From Barthelona sp. PCE (taxonomy: Eukaryota), in the NCBI GenBank assembly GCA_040285745.1, contig JAUFOR010000008.1, forward strand, positions 868,001 through 932,000: a DNA stretch of 64,000 bases, read 5' to 3'. This document shows, piece after piece, positions 44,912 to 55,995 of this stretch. Within the stretch, counting starts at the first letter, position 1, and each line of letters starts with the position of its first letter. Both the position numbers and the translations under genes were made by a program. The notes below the pieces were generated by a model. The model searched no databases, was not told the origin of the DNA, and saw only the letters and a list, made by a program, of their open reading frames with translations.

Positions 44912-47173
44912 ATGAAGACTGTTCTCTCGATCATAAGCGCAATTCTATCGCTTGCGGGCTCCAGCTTTATTATTTTTATGTACCTGAGGTTTAAAGACAT
45001 CAGATCATTTCCATTCAAGCTTCTGACATATCTTTCGACTGCAGACCTATTTGCAGCAATCAGCCACTTTGTTCCATCATGTTTTTTGTCCGCAGTTATG
45101 CAGGAATTCTTTTTTACAGCGAGTTTCTTTTGGGTTTTAGTTATTTCACTGCATTCATATATTTTTGTTGTGAAAAGACTCAAGGCAGCCACAAAGTATG
45201 AGATCTTCTATCACCTAGGTAGTTGGGGTATTCCTCTACTCTTCACATTAATCTGTATTTTCTATGATGCCTTTGGTCCAACTGATTCTCCATGGTGTTG
45301 GATCGATTCTGAGTTCGTAGCGCTCCGTTGGCTGCTTTTTTACATTCCATTGATCATGATCATGATTATTCTTTGCTACTTCACGTTCCAGATCACTCGA
45401 GTGTTAAAGGCTAAAGGACAAGACATTAAGTTAGATTCAACTTCAAGTAACCTGGATAAGCAGGCAGCATCGCTGACAATTTATGTTATTGCATTCGTTA
45501 TTGTTAGAACTCCATCAGTTATTACTAGAACTATGGGTCTGTTTACCTCTGACAACATTATTCTATCATTTTTATCTCATCTCCATGCCCTGTGTAGCCC
45601 ATTGCAGGGATTTGTTAATAGTTTGCTCGTGTTAAGTAACCCACGTGTCAGACAACATGTGTTCAACAAACAGGTTCGTATTGCAACCCAATCGCAGCGT
45701 TTAAACCCATTACAGATTGCCAATGTATCATATAGCATCACAGCACCGCCTCAGTTTGTCGGAATGGGACATTCTACTCCATCTGATCAGTTAACACTAC
45801 GTATAGTAACTTTCAATGGTGGAAAAGCACCAATTCAACGCGAGGATGTGTTGAACCTTGTTGGAAGTGACCCCAACCATATTCTAGTGCTTGGGTTCCA
45901 GGAGATGGAGCAATCTCTGGAGGAGATAGTTTCATACATACCCCAACATTGGGGAATGCGTATTGTTGGATCTGAACAGCTTTGGGGCATTAAAATGGTT
46001 GTTTTGGTAGAGAACTCTCTCATTAATCACGTATCGGATGTATCTACTGATAAGGTTTCGACCGGAAAGGCTAATAATCTATTAGGAAATAAGGGTGCAG
46101 TTGGTGTGAGTCTAAAAGTGTATTCTGGAACGCTTGCTTTTGTTTGTTGTCATCTGGCAGCCAGGCCTGAAAGGAATAATCAACGTTTTGAGAACATTGG
46201 AAGGATTTTTAAGTGTCTTAATCTCAATTCAAACACAGGTGTGCGTGGAGTTCCACTGGATACTAAGTTTGATTGCCTGTTTGTTTTGGGAGATTTGAAT
46301 TTTAGAGTTAACGTTCCCTACGATCAGGCTGTACAATATGCCAATACAAACGCCTTCGGAGCATTATTGGCAAACGATCAATTAAAGCTTGCAATTGATC
46401 GCAACCAGGCATTGACTTCTTTTGAAGAAAGCTGCATCACATTCAAACCAACATATAAACACGAGGTTTCACATGGGGAGAGTACTCAACGTAAGTATTT
46501 CAACAAAGATAACCAGAGTCCCTCATATACTGATCGTGTACTGTTCTCACAAATTCGTAACGTACAGATAGTGCAGCGCGAATACAGTTCCATCACAATG
46601 CCAACAAGTGATCACAATGCAGTGGCTTTCGATTGTGATGTGGGTGTTCTGTGTCCAGCCACTAAGTCCTTACATTATCCTTGTCTGGCTGACATACAGA
46701 ACGTTGGTTTTAATGAACCTATCGTGTGTAGTGGTGTGCCTAATATCGCATTGGAGTTCATTGCAGACTTCATACTTAAGAGAGCCTCCACCCCATCAAA
46801 ATTAACAAGTTGCCCAAGTTGGTCAAATGATGAGATGCCACGTGTGGTTATTAACGGTATGACGCCGTATCTCCTGGCCGCCAAATCTATAACTGTTGTT
46901 GTACGTGACACAAATGCTGCTGTTGGTGAGAATGCCATTTTGGGTACTGCATCAATTCCCATGTTGGAATGTTGTAAGAAGGCCCGTCTTGGTTCCCGTG
47001 GTCAATTGATTGAGTTCAGCATTCCTGTTATGAATGCTGGTGTTGCTGTCGGAATGCTACGCATTTCTGTATCTCTTTATTTCTTCAGAGAAACATCATC
47101 GTTAAATGCTCCGCAAATGCAAGCCAACATGAATCTTTCACCACAACTAAAACGCCTGTCTTCTCGTTTGTAA
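44912..47173 (+). CDS. 7TM cAMP-receptor-like GPCR fused to an inositol polyphosphate 5-phosphatase and a C2-like domain
   Basis: Seven TMs with WGIP, WCWI and LQGFVNS, then GNKGAV, HLAA, GDLNFRV, PTYK, PSYTDRVL and SDH, all in one uninterrupted frame. Confidence 0.92.
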   Translation: MKTVLSIISAILSLAGSSFIIFMYLRFKDIRSFPFKLLTYLSTADLFAAISHFVPSCFLSAVMQEFFFTASFFWVLVISLHSYIFVVKRLKAATKYEIFYHLGSWGIPLLFTLICIFYDAFGPTDSPWCWIDSEFVALRWLLFYIPLIMIMIILCYFTFQITRVLKAKGQDIKLDSTSSNLDKQAASLTIYVIAFVIVRTPSVITRTMGLFTSDNIILSFLSHLHALCSPLQGFVNSLLVLSNPRVRQHVFNKQVRIATQSQRLNPLQIANVSYSITAPPQFVGMGHSTPSDQLTLRIVTFNGGKAPIQREDVLNLVGSDPNHILVLGFQEMEQSLEEIVSYIPQHWGMRIVGSEQLWGIKMVVLVENSLINHVSDVSTDKVSTGKANNLLGNKGAVGVSLKVYSGTLAFVCCHLAARPERNNQRFENIGRIFKCLNLNSNTGVRGVPLDTKFDCLFVLGDLNFRVNVPYDQAVQYANTNAFGALLANDQLKLAIDRNQALTSFEESCITFKPTYKHEVSHGESTQRKYFNKDNQSPSYTDRVLFSQIRNVQIVQREYSSITMPTSDHNAVAFDCDVGVLCPATKSLHYPCLADIQNVGFNEPIVCSGVPNIALEFIADFILKRASTPSKLTSCPSWSNDEMPRVVINGMTPYLLAAKSITVVVRDTNAAVGENAILGTASIPMLECCKKARLGSRGQLIEFSIPVMNAGVAVGMLRISVSLYFFRETSSLNAPQMQANMNLSPQLKRLSSRL

Positions 47174-47413
47174 ACTGTGTTTCATTTTCTTTTGATTATT
47201 TTGGTGTTTTTAGGCACCTGAGATGGTTTTGCAGGTGTGCAGACACATTAAAGTTATTGAAATGTTCGGTGTAGAGTCAAAGAGTGATATTGATATTTCA
47301 ACCTATTTAAGCTTTCTCACACATTGTTGAGACTGTTAATTTCTGCTATAGGGGCATCATATACATTTTGAAACCAAGTATTTTTGTTAGATTTTTGAAA
47401 TTTTTTTTGCATT

Positions 47414-49471
47414 ATGGAACGTCCTTTTTCACCTACAATTGAACCACTTCAATTCACGCAGATCGAAAACAACGAAGAGGAGTACTCTCAGATGCGGTCT
47501 GTTATGGCGCGTAGGACTAGATCTCAACTTTTCGTAGAGGATGATCATACACCATCTTCACACACCGCAAAACCAAAACTAATCAACGATCCCATCCACG
47601 GAAGCATGTTGCTAGACGCTGCTGTGGTACAACTCATTGACACAAGAGAGTTTCAGCGATTGCGTTCTCTCCAGCAATTGGGTATGTGCAAATACGTATA
47701 TCCATCAGCAACACATACCAGATTCGAGCACTCAATTGGTGTTGGTTATCTTGCAAATCAATGGTTGGTGGGGCTTCAGCAGAGACAACCAGAATGGAAT
47801 ATCACTGATCAGGAGATTCGTTGTGTCACATTGGCAGCAACAGCGCACGATCTGGGCCACGGGCCATACTCCCACATGTGGGAGATGGTCATGGAACAAT
47901 ACGCCGAAGACAACCCTCACTTGAATTTACATGTTAGAGCACATGAAGAGTATTCTGTAGAGATTTTTAAACGGATATATGACACTAACCAAGATTTACG
48001 GAATCTACTATCAGAAGAAGAAGTGGATTTTGTTTGTGATCTCATTGTTGGTAGCGGTTTACACAAAATGACAAGTGATGATATTTCCAAACAGAAGATG
48101 AAATCTTCAGTTAAAGACAGAGATATCCAAAACACACCTCGTTATTTCCTGTACGAGATTGTTTCAAACAGCTTTAATGATATTGATGTTGATAAATTTG
48201 ATTACATTCAACGTGACTCGTATTACACTGGTGTCAAAACGAGCTTCAGTCATTCCAGAATATTTGCTAACTCCAGGATCATTGGAGGACACATTACCTT
48301 CAAGATTAATGAGCAAAACACACTCGTAGATCTTTTCAATTCAAGATATCGCTTGTTTACACGTGTTTATATGCATCCTAAAGTTTTAGGATTGGATTCG
48401 ATGATTCATGAATGTATTCTCAGTTTGGGAAGAGCTGGTATCATTGACATTGAAAGAGCATCTAAGGATTTGAATTACTACCTTACATTAACAGATGATC
48501 GAATTTTAACTCATCTAAGTAGTTTATCCTTCCTTGGTCTTTCTATTAGTAATCCACGAACAAAAGAAGACATAAATCGTACTCGTCATGAAAAAATGGC
48601 ATGTAATTTGTTTGATAGATTTCAGGTCCGTGATATCTATACATTGGTAGACCATGAGGTTATGTATAGGAAAGATTTTGATGCAATTAAGCCTCATTTT
48701 ACCACTCAATCGATTGTTGACATGTATAAGTTTGAAGAAGTACTTACAAAACTTAAAGCTAATGATGAAGAAATGGCAAGAGAATTTTTATTAAGAGTTG
48801 AAGATAATTCCTTTCATCTTGATGCCTCACATATTATTCTTAAACGTGGAAAGGTCGGATGGACAAGCAAAGAAGATAATCCGTTGGAAAATGTATTCTT
48901 TTTTAACAAACATCAAAGACAGCGTGGTTTTAAGATTAGTATAAATAATACAAAGAAGAATTATGCTAAAGGAGTTTCACTTGTGATCCCCGAAACAGTT
49001 TGTGAGCACCATGTATTGATTTTTTTGAGACAACCTGATGCTTTATTGCATCGAGTTTATACATTATTGTTCAGAAAATTTCTAACCAGTTCATTGAATG
49101 ATTCACAGATGAATATCAGTGCATCACAACAAATTGGAAGTCCTGTTGATTCTGTCCCATCGGCCTCTTTTGACGATGGTGTATTTAGATTAACACAATC
49201 TCAGAGTTTTTCAGTGCTTCATAGCGAGGAAATGGTTCCCATAGACACTCCTAAGGATTCAAAGAAAGAAACAGAACCAAAAAAGTATAAGATTTTAACA
49301 ATCAAGTCAGACGAAGAGGATGAGGAGACTATCCGTAAATCAGCACAGTTATTGAGTAGTCAAAGGCGGATGAGCAGCAAGAAGCGCAGATCGAGCCAAA
49401 CCAATAGTTCGAAGAGTAAGGAGACACAAAGAAAGAAACAGAAAAAAATCGATGATTTTTACAATAGTTAG
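47414..49471 (+). CDS. SAMHD1-like HD-domain dNTP triphosphohydrolase
   Basis: INDPIHG, FQRLR..QLG, HTRFEHSIGV, HDLGHGPYSH, DVDKFDYIQRD. Confidence 0.92.
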   Translation: MERPFSPTIEPLQFTQIENNEEEYSQMRSVMARRTRSQLFVEDDHTPSSHTAKPKLINDPIHGSMLLDAAVVQLIDTREFQRLRSLQQLGMCKYVYPSATHTRFEHSIGVGYLANQWLVGLQQRQPEWNITDQEIRCVTLAATAHDLGHGPYSHMWEMVMEQYAEDNPHLNLHVRAHEEYSVEIFKRIYDTNQDLRNLLSEEEVDFVCDLIVGSGLHKMTSDDISKQKMKSSVKDRDIQNTPRYFLYEIVSNSFNDIDVDKFDYIQRDSYYTGVKTSFSHSRIFANSRIIGGHITFKINEQNTLVDLFNSRYRLFTRVYMHPKVLGLDSMIHECILSLGRAGIIDIERASKDLNYYLTLTDDRILTHLSSLSFLGLSISNPRTKEDINRTRHEKMACNLFDRFQVRDIYTLVDHEVMYRKDFDAIKPHFTTQSIVDMYKFEEVLTKLKANDEEMAREFLLRVEDNSFHLDASHIILKRGKVGWTSKEDNPLENVFFFNKHQRQRGFKISINNTKKNYAKGVSLVIPETVCEHHVLIFLRQPDALLHRVYTLLFRKFLTSSLNDSQMNISASQQIGSPVDSVPSASFDDGVFRLTQSQSFSVLHSEEMVPIDTPKDSKKETEPKKYKILTIKSDEEDEETIRKSAQLLSSQRRMSSKKRRSSQTNSSKSKETQRKKQKKIDDFYNS

Positions 49472-49614
49472 TGGAAGTAAACACAGGAAGGAGAACATAC
49501 ACGTAAAGCAAAGTTATATAATGAGCTGATGGACAGTCCATTTGTGAGATTGGATGAAGTATAGGATCACATGAAAAATCTTTTTATTACAACATTTTCA
49601 TACCTTTTCACACA

Positions 49615-51074
49615 ATGATTGATATTGAAATTTTACGAAACGACCCTGAACGGGTCAAAGAATCCGAGAAAAACCGTTTCACCGTGGGAGGCGTTGAAAA
49701 CGTCGATGAGGTTCTCAGGCTCGACAATGAGTATCGTGAACGTATATTTCCGGGTGCTTCAGTGCAATTTGAGCGTTGTATTTAACGTACATATTGTTTG
49801 AAGTGATTTTTACACTTTACTAATTCTTAGTGAACAGAGAACTTGAACAAGCTAAGGGCAACCGTAACACTTTATCTAAGCAGTTTGGCCGCATGAGAAA
49901 GGCCGGAGAAGATATCACTGAGCTTGCCGCCACTCTTAAAGATCTTAAGGTACGCATTCCCGAGTTAGAAGAGCGTGTTGTTGAGGTACTCAAGGAGAGG
50001 GACCATAAATTTAACCAGATTGGTAATCTCCTGGATGAGACTGTGCCAATTGCTGAAGATGAGGAAGAAATCCACACAATCTCCGAGAATTTGACTGAAG
50101 ATATTACTGAGGGTGTCAAGGAGGGCCTCACACACGTTGATTTGCTTTACCGTATTGGTGGTGTTGATTACGATCGTGGTGTCAAGGTCATGGGTAACCG
50201 TGGTTACTATCTTAAGGGAATTGCTTCCCGCCTCAATCAAGCTATCATCAGCTACTCCCTTGACTTCCTTCGTGAACGCGAATTCACTCAGATCGAAGTT
50301 CCTATGCTTATGAAGCGTGAGGCCATGCAGAAGTGTGCTCAGCTTGATGATTTCCACGAGCAACTCTACAAGGTTGTTGAGAAGGATGATGATCCCGAGG
50401 ATAAGCTGAAGTACCTCATTGCTACTTCTGAGCAGCCTCTTATCGCTATGCATATGGATGAGATGATGATTCCCACTGATCTTCCCAAGCTTTATGCTGG
50501 TTACTCCAGCTGTTTCAGAAAGGAGGCAGGATCCCAGGGTAGAGACCAGGCTGGTATCTTTAGAATTCATATTTTCCAGAAGGTTGAGCAGATTGTCTAT
50601 TGTTTACCTGAGGAAAGCCCTGAATATTTCAACAAGTTGATCACCAACGCTGAAGATTTTTTCAAATCCCTTGGTCTTCCTTATCGTGTTGTCGCTATTC
50701 CTTCCGGTGCTCTTAACAACGCCGCCGCCATCAAGTACGATCTTGAGGCTTTTTTCATGGGTTCCGGTCAGTACCGTGAGCTTGTTTCCTGCTCCAACTG
50801 TACCGATTATCAGAGCAGAAATCTGATGATCCGTATGCCCCGTGACACTGAGACACGTAAGGTGCCTTATGTTCACCTTCTTAACTCCACTCTTTGCGCC
50901 ACTTCCCGTGCCCTCTGCTGTATTCTTGAACGTTACCAGACTGAAGAAGGTGTTGTCGTTCCTGAAGTTCTTCGTCCTTATATGGGCGGTATGGAGATGA
51001 TGCCTTTTGTCATCGACCATAACTATGAGTCTGTTGGTGAGCGTCTTAACAAGAAGAAGCGTAGCAAGAAGTAA
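49615..51074 (+). CDS. SARS1: Cytosolic seryl-tRNA synthetase, two exons (49615-49741 and 49831-51074)
   Basis: Exon 1 MIDIEILRNDPERVKESEKNRF; YLIATSEQP, CFRKEAG, ELVSCSNCTDYQSR. Confidence 0.97.
49742..49830 (+). other. Spliceosomal intron, 89 nt, phase 1
   Basis: GTATAT...CTAATTCTTAG; removal gives LDNEYRELNRELEQ. Confidence 0.9.
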
Positions 51075-51100
51075 AATTATAATTTATTGATATTCAACTA

Positions 51101-52501
51101 CTACTCAATCTCCATTGCTTCATCATCGCTTTCATCACTCTCAACAGCAACCATCTCTGCCTCCTCTATGGGGAGACCAAAACACACTTTCATTAACATT
51201 GTATGTAATGCTGTTGGGAAACCGTACATATTAAATAATACTCGCAACCTTGTACATAGTTCTGATCGAACACTTTGGTATTTGATACCATACAAGTCTG
51301 TCTTGGACAACCACATCAATAAATCACGTACTTTCTGATGATTTGAAGTGCGAATATGTCTACTGATAACAACTTCAAAAATTTCAGGTGAGGGGAATGA
51401 TTCAAGAATATCCTCATAGTCTAGAACTGTTGCTGCCACGAATGCCTGTGTATCTGTTTCGACGGTTGGCATCAATCTGTTCAGTTCTGCCAAGCGGTCG
51501 TTTCGTTTGAGTAGAGAGACGCAACTATACAAGACGGCATCTTTATGTATTGTGTGCGCGTTAACCATGCACGAAAATGCACGCTCGAAGTCGACCCTCT
51601 CCCATGCTTCGAAACAAACAACCATAGACCATGGTTGGTTGCGCAGTGTGGTCTGACATAAGTTTTCGAACTCTTCAATAATTTCTCTTGTACTTCCATT
51701 CATAACTATGTAAAATCTCCACCACTCTTCAGTGAAGAATAATGCATGCTTTGCTCTTGTAAGGATAGATTTGTGCACATCAGGATTCAATGATTGTTGA
51801 GATATGAAGAATAAATAGCGGAGCCAATCAGCTAACTGCGACTTCGTAACCTCCTTTGGCCTGAATGAATCAATTGACATGACTTCAAAAGCGCTTAATT
51901 TTGCAACAAGTGCTAACTGTTCGCGGCCTAACACCAGGCATTTTTTTTTGAGTGAGATTTTTAGATCTTCTTCAGCAACATCTTCATCACCTAGTTCAGA
52001 TAATACAGAGCGAACAACATCGCTGGATGTGCCATCGATTGCCATAATAAATCTTTTAACCGTGTGAGAAATTCCATTGACAGCACATTTCAACAGTAAT
52101 GGAAGCTTTCCTGTAAGAAAAGCGGGCGAGCCCAGCTCTTCTTCGAACATAAGGTAGCGATACCACAATTGTTGCGCATCAAAATGAGCACCAGCATGTT
52201 CTAAGGCATCATGAAACATTCTACGTTGATCTTCCACAGTAATCGCTGTATTTGTCCTGAAAAGCTCAATGACCGATGTCCAAAAATATGGGATATAACC
52301 ACATACTTCCTTACCACGCTTGACATCATTAAAAACACTTTTAAGTGGTGCTTTTAACATGAGCTTAGCCTGGATGAGTTTTATCCAGAAGAGGTAAAGC
52401 TGTGGGTAATTCTCTAGGACACGTTCCAATAGAGGAACATTCTTTGCTTCGTCTTGTGTTGTAATCTGTCTTTCGATACCTTCCAATATCTTTAAATCCA
52501 T
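51101..52501 (-). CDS. HAT-repeat protein, Prp39-like
   Basis: LENYPQLYLFW, AGAHFDAQQLWYRYLMFEE, SQLADWLRYLFF. Confidence 0.65.
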   Translation of the reverse strand: MDLKILEGIERQITTQDEAKNVPLLERVLENYPQLYLFWIKLIQAKLMLKAPLKSVFNDVKRGKEVCGYIPYFWTSVIELFRTNTAITVEDQRRMFHDALEHAGAHFDAQQLWYRYLMFEEELGSPAFLTGKLPLLLKCAVNGISHTVKRFIMAIDGTSSDVVRSVLSELGDEDVAEEDLKISLKKKCLVLGREQLALVAKLSAFEVMSIDSFRPKEVTKSQLADWLRYLFFISQQSLNPDVHKSILTRAKHALFFTEEWWRFYIVMNGSTREIIEEFENLCQTTLRNQPWSMVVCFEAWERVDFERAFSCMVNAHTIHKDAVLYSCVSLLKRNDRLAELNRLMPTVETDTQAFVAATVLDYEDILESFPSPEIFEVVISRHIRTSNHQKVRDLLMWLSKTDLYGIKYQSVRSELCTRLRVLFNMYGFPTALHTMLMKVCFGLPIEEAEMVAVESDESDDEAMEIE

Positions 52502-52693
52502 AACAATAGTGTGTGAAGTTTGAGATGCCCAAAATTTTTTTGAAAAGAGGAATGAATGAGGAAAACAGCTTTTTATTATGCTTTTGAACATAATACTCTT
52601 TTGCACTTGTGCACTTGTGCTAAAATCTTTTGAATTCCCACATCTCACTTTTAAATTTCTTCATATACATTTTTTAACAACATCTAAAAATAT

Positions 52694-53512
52694 ATGTTTT
52701 TTACAGGGCATCTTCTAATGTCAGTAATTGGTGCATTTTTCATCAGTAGGCTGGCAACAACGTCTAAGCAAAAACTCAGAGATGAAAAACGTAACACAGT
52801 TGGTATTACAGTTCTAAAATTCCGTTATTGCTGTTTTTGGGGTATTATAGCCAATCTAATCAACGTTGATCACTTTTTTACAGATAGTCTCAACAAGTTA
52901 AACCAAAATCCCCTTGGTACAGCAGAACTGCATCTTTATGCAGCTTCAATAGCATTCATTTTCTTTTTATTAGGACAATTTATCCCTTTCATTCGCACGC
53001 CAGCCTGGAGCCTATTTGGTGGTATCTTATCTCATCATTTTTGTGATTCTATTTGGTACAAATTCTTCTCTGTCAAATCTGATAAGGCTTTATTCATCAG
53101 TCAAGGATCATTTGATTTTGTATTGATCATTATGCTCATCATCATGGCACTTTCTTTTAAAGATTTTACTAAGAAACATCTTTTTGTTTTGTTAATTTTG
53201 TGGATATTATCTTTTGCACTTTTTGTTGTAATAATTTCAGTTTTAAAATGTGATTTAGTCAATATATGTAACGACTTACAGCAATACCATCTTATTGATG
53301 TTGGTTTTTATGCTCTTATGAGTGTACTGTATCCTTGGCTTGGTTGGTTTAAGCGTAAAGTTATAAAAGAAACAATTGTAATTGACCAAGAAGGAAGGCA
53401 ACTCTCTAAGATGACCAGCGTAGTTTCTTTGGGAGAAGATGATGAAGGAAAGTTAATACCAACCACAAAAACATCAAAAATTAGAGATATCGGAACAGTT
53501 GAGAAGAACTAA
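52694..53512 (+). CDS. Multi-pass membrane protein, YdjM/TMEM267-like metal-dependent hydrolase
   Basis: N-terminal GH, NVDHF, LH and SHHFCD motifs within TM segments. Confidence 0.6.
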   Translation: MFFTGHLLMSVIGAFFISRLATTSKQKLRDEKRNTVGITVLKFRYCCFWGIIANLINVDHFFTDSLNKLNQNPLGTAELHLYAASIAFIFFLLGQFIPFIRTPAWSLFGGILSHHFCDSIWYKFFSVKSDKALFISQGSFDFVLIIMLIIMALSFKDFTKKHLFVLLILWILSFALFVVIISVLKCDLVNICNDLQQYHLIDVGFYALMSVLYPWLGWFKRKVIKETIVIDQEGRQLSKMTSVVSLGEDDEGKLIPTTKTSKIRDIGTVEKN

Positions 53513-53621
53513 TTTTTTATTAGGATAATGTTTCTGCCTGTGGTGTATTCTCACATTTCTATTATTGTGTTTGTGTTTTTATTTGATAAATGTTGTAAAT
53601 TTTTTCTTCTTCCTTTTTTAT

Positions 53622-54188
53622 ATGCAAGACACAATATTTACCGTAAACTTTGGGGTCTTTAAGCATTCCGTAGGGTCGTGCTGTTTGGAGTACGATAAAA
53701 GTGTTTTAACGGGATCTCTCACACAACCGGTTCAATGCCGAGATCCTAAGGGCTATAACAAGGGTTTGCTGAACATATACATTGAAAGCGCATGTGGAGA
53801 CGAGAAATCAGACATTGATCAGTATATTGAAGTGCTGAACGATGTTGCTTCACAAATAGTTGATTGGCGACAATATCCCAGTTCCCTCTTTAAGCTCAAC
53901 ATAGCAATTATCTCCAAAAACGAAGAATCTTTGCTCAGCGCACTTTGTAATTGCATGTTTGGAATTTTACTGGACAGTGGAATGGAATTAAAACACTTAG
54001 CTGGTGCACTGCAGTTCGGTGACAATCTAGTAGTAGTTTCCGAAGCAAATGAACTGATAAAGTTAATCTGTCACGACATTGATTTGGAAAAACTTGATTT
54101 TGAATTTAATGGATGGTTAGAGAGTGCTGGAGAACTAGGTAGGAGAATTCAAGAAAGTTACGCATTAAAAATGAAAGAGTTTCTGTGA
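53622..54188 (+). CDS. RNA exosome RNase-PH-like subunit (Rrp46-like)
   Basis: GVFKHSVGSC, YPSSLFKLNIAII, LLSALCN...LLDSG. Confidence 0.65.
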   Translation: MQDTIFTVNFGVFKHSVGSCCLEYDKSVLTGSLTQPVQCRDPKGYNKGLLNIYIESACGDEKSDIDQYIEVLNDVASQIVDWRQYPSSLFKLNIAIISKNEESLLSALCNCMFGILLDSGMELKHLAGALQFGDNLVVVSEANELIKLICHDIDLEKLDFEFNGWLESAGELGRRIQESYALKMKEFL

Positions 54189-55958
54189 TTAAAACATGTT
54201 TTCAATTAGGCAAAAAGGTTGAGTACCTACAAGTGAGATCGAACCATTAGCACTTGAAATAAACATCCGTTCATTACTGAGTCCCTCCATATCACGGTAT
54301 ACAGTCTCATTGCGTTGTGTGTGAATTAATCGAACCCTGGCATTGTACTTATCTTGGTCAAAGTGATACTTTGCATACCACTCACCGAGTATAACACTGC
54401 CGGCTAGACAAGAATCTCCTCCGTAAAGACTGTATTTACGTGTATTAACAAGTGTTATTTCACATTCATTGATCTCGTAAGTATGAATCTCAGTTGGAAA
54501 GACTACCACAACCATAGTTTCGGACAAGAAGCCTATTTCCATGATATGGTGGTTCAAATTGATTCTTTTGCCAAGGCAGACATCAGTGGAACATGAGTTA
54601 ATGGTAAGAAAATTGCAACGACTGAATGCTACACAAATCACTAATCCTTTAATGATAATCTTTGAAATATCATACGTGAACGGTTCAGGTTCCCACAGTT
54701 TTTTCCCCGTCTCTCTTTCATATGCAATTAGCTTTTTCTTTGTATGTAAAATGACAATACGTTCATTAATTAAAAATTCCCCATCATCCATCTCACCACC
54801 TAGAACAATGTCAGATGTTGTTTTGGTGTCAACATTGAGGCATCTGATAGTGAATCCCATCTCATAATATCTGTAACACACGCAACGAAGAGAGGGACAA
54901 AATTGAATTTCACCCATAATCCTTTCTGTTTCCAAAGGAATAAACTGAAATTCTCCAGTATCCAACATATATACAACGATTTCACCTGTTTTTGAATTAT
55001 ATGCAATGAATTCACGTCTCTCATCACACAAATTCAAAGGTTTTGTAACAATAAATGCTTTATGTTTCGGTCCTGACAACATACGTTCAGATAAAATCAC
55101 ATCACCGTGCCAAAGAGCTAGTGGTTGAGCTTTAATCGCTTCAACGGACTTACACTCATCACCACCACTAATTTGTATGGTGATAATTTCATTTTCATGT
55201 CCAATTCGAAGTCTCACCTCATTGTTCTCTACAACTACCAAATCAACAGGATTGTTCAAGTAATAGTCGTTGTCTTCATCATAGCTACCTTCAAACTCTT
55301 TGAAAGAAAAAACAAATTGTCTCTCTTCAAGATTATAAATCTGAACATGCGGTTCATAAACACATGAAATAGCAACGTACCCGTTTCGTACGGATGTGAT
55401 AATCGACGCGCCTTCAGAAAAAACAGTTTCTTCATTGTTTAACTGCCCAACATAACATTCTGATTCATTGTTAATAAAGATATAACCGTCAGAATACATT
55501 ATGTTTTTGAATTCAGTACAATTATACCAACTAATACCAGTTCTTAGTATAGATTCAGCTTCAGCATTTGTGAATGAACGTATAGACTTGGAGTTGACAT
55601 TGTATACATATAAAACTTCGTTTTTTCCATCAATACAAACCATCTCACCATTAGAATCGACGTTTGTTGGCCAGTAGATCTGAGGAATAATGCTTTTAGG
55701 AATAGTTAAAACATCATTCAACTTAAGGCCTTCTTTAGATGGCATCCAGATGCTTCCATCATCATTCACAGCGACTGTCTCATTGAATGCTTCATATAGA
55801 TCATCAAAGATAGGGTTGCCTCCTCTTGAAAGATTAACAACATCATAAGACTCAGCCCATTCATTCAAAATAAATTTTCCCGATATTGAAGCTTTTGACG
55901 GGTACCAAGTGGAGACTGTCGTCAAGTCTTTTATCCTTTTAATTGTTCCTGATTCCAT
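54189..55958 (-). CDS. Hypothetical beta-propeller-like protein
   Basis: 589 aa with repeated VYN/AY..xTG blade-like motifs (LIAYERETGKKLW). Confidence 0.7.
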   Translation of the reverse strand: MESGTIKRIKDLTTVSTWYPSKASISGKFILNEWAESYDVVNLSRGGNPIFDDLYEAFNETVAVNDDGSIWMPSKEGLKLNDVLTIPKSIIPQIYWPTNVDSNGEMVCIDGKNEVLYVYNVNSKSIRSFTNAEAESILRTGISWYNCTEFKNIMYSDGYIFINNESECYVGQLNNEETVFSEGASIITSVRNGYVAISCVYEPHVQIYNLEERQFVFSFKEFEGSYDEDNDYYLNNPVDLVVVENNEVRLRIGHENEIITIQISGGDECKSVEAIKAQPLALWHGDVILSERMLSGPKHKAFIVTKPLNLCDERREFIAYNSKTGEIVVYMLDTGEFQFIPLETERIMGEIQFCPSLRCVCYRYYEMGFTIRCLNVDTKTTSDIVLGGEMDDGEFLINERIVILHTKKKLIAYERETGKKLWEPEPFTYDISKIIIKGLVICVAFSRCNFLTINSCSTDVCLGKRINLNHHIMEIGFLSETMVVVVFPTEIHTYEINECEITLVNTRKYSLYGGDSCLAGSVILGEWYAKYHFDQDKYNARVRLIHTQRNETVYRDMEGLSNERMFISSANGSISLVGTQPFCLIENMF

Positions 55959-55995
55959 AAAAAAGAGTTAATAACAAAAACAGGATTTACAGCTT

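Noticed and set aside
47214-47330. Intergenic hairpins as an H/ACA RNA (similar inverted repeat at about 32666-32756)
   Set aside because: No convincing H plus ACA placement, and AT-rich hairpins arise by chance
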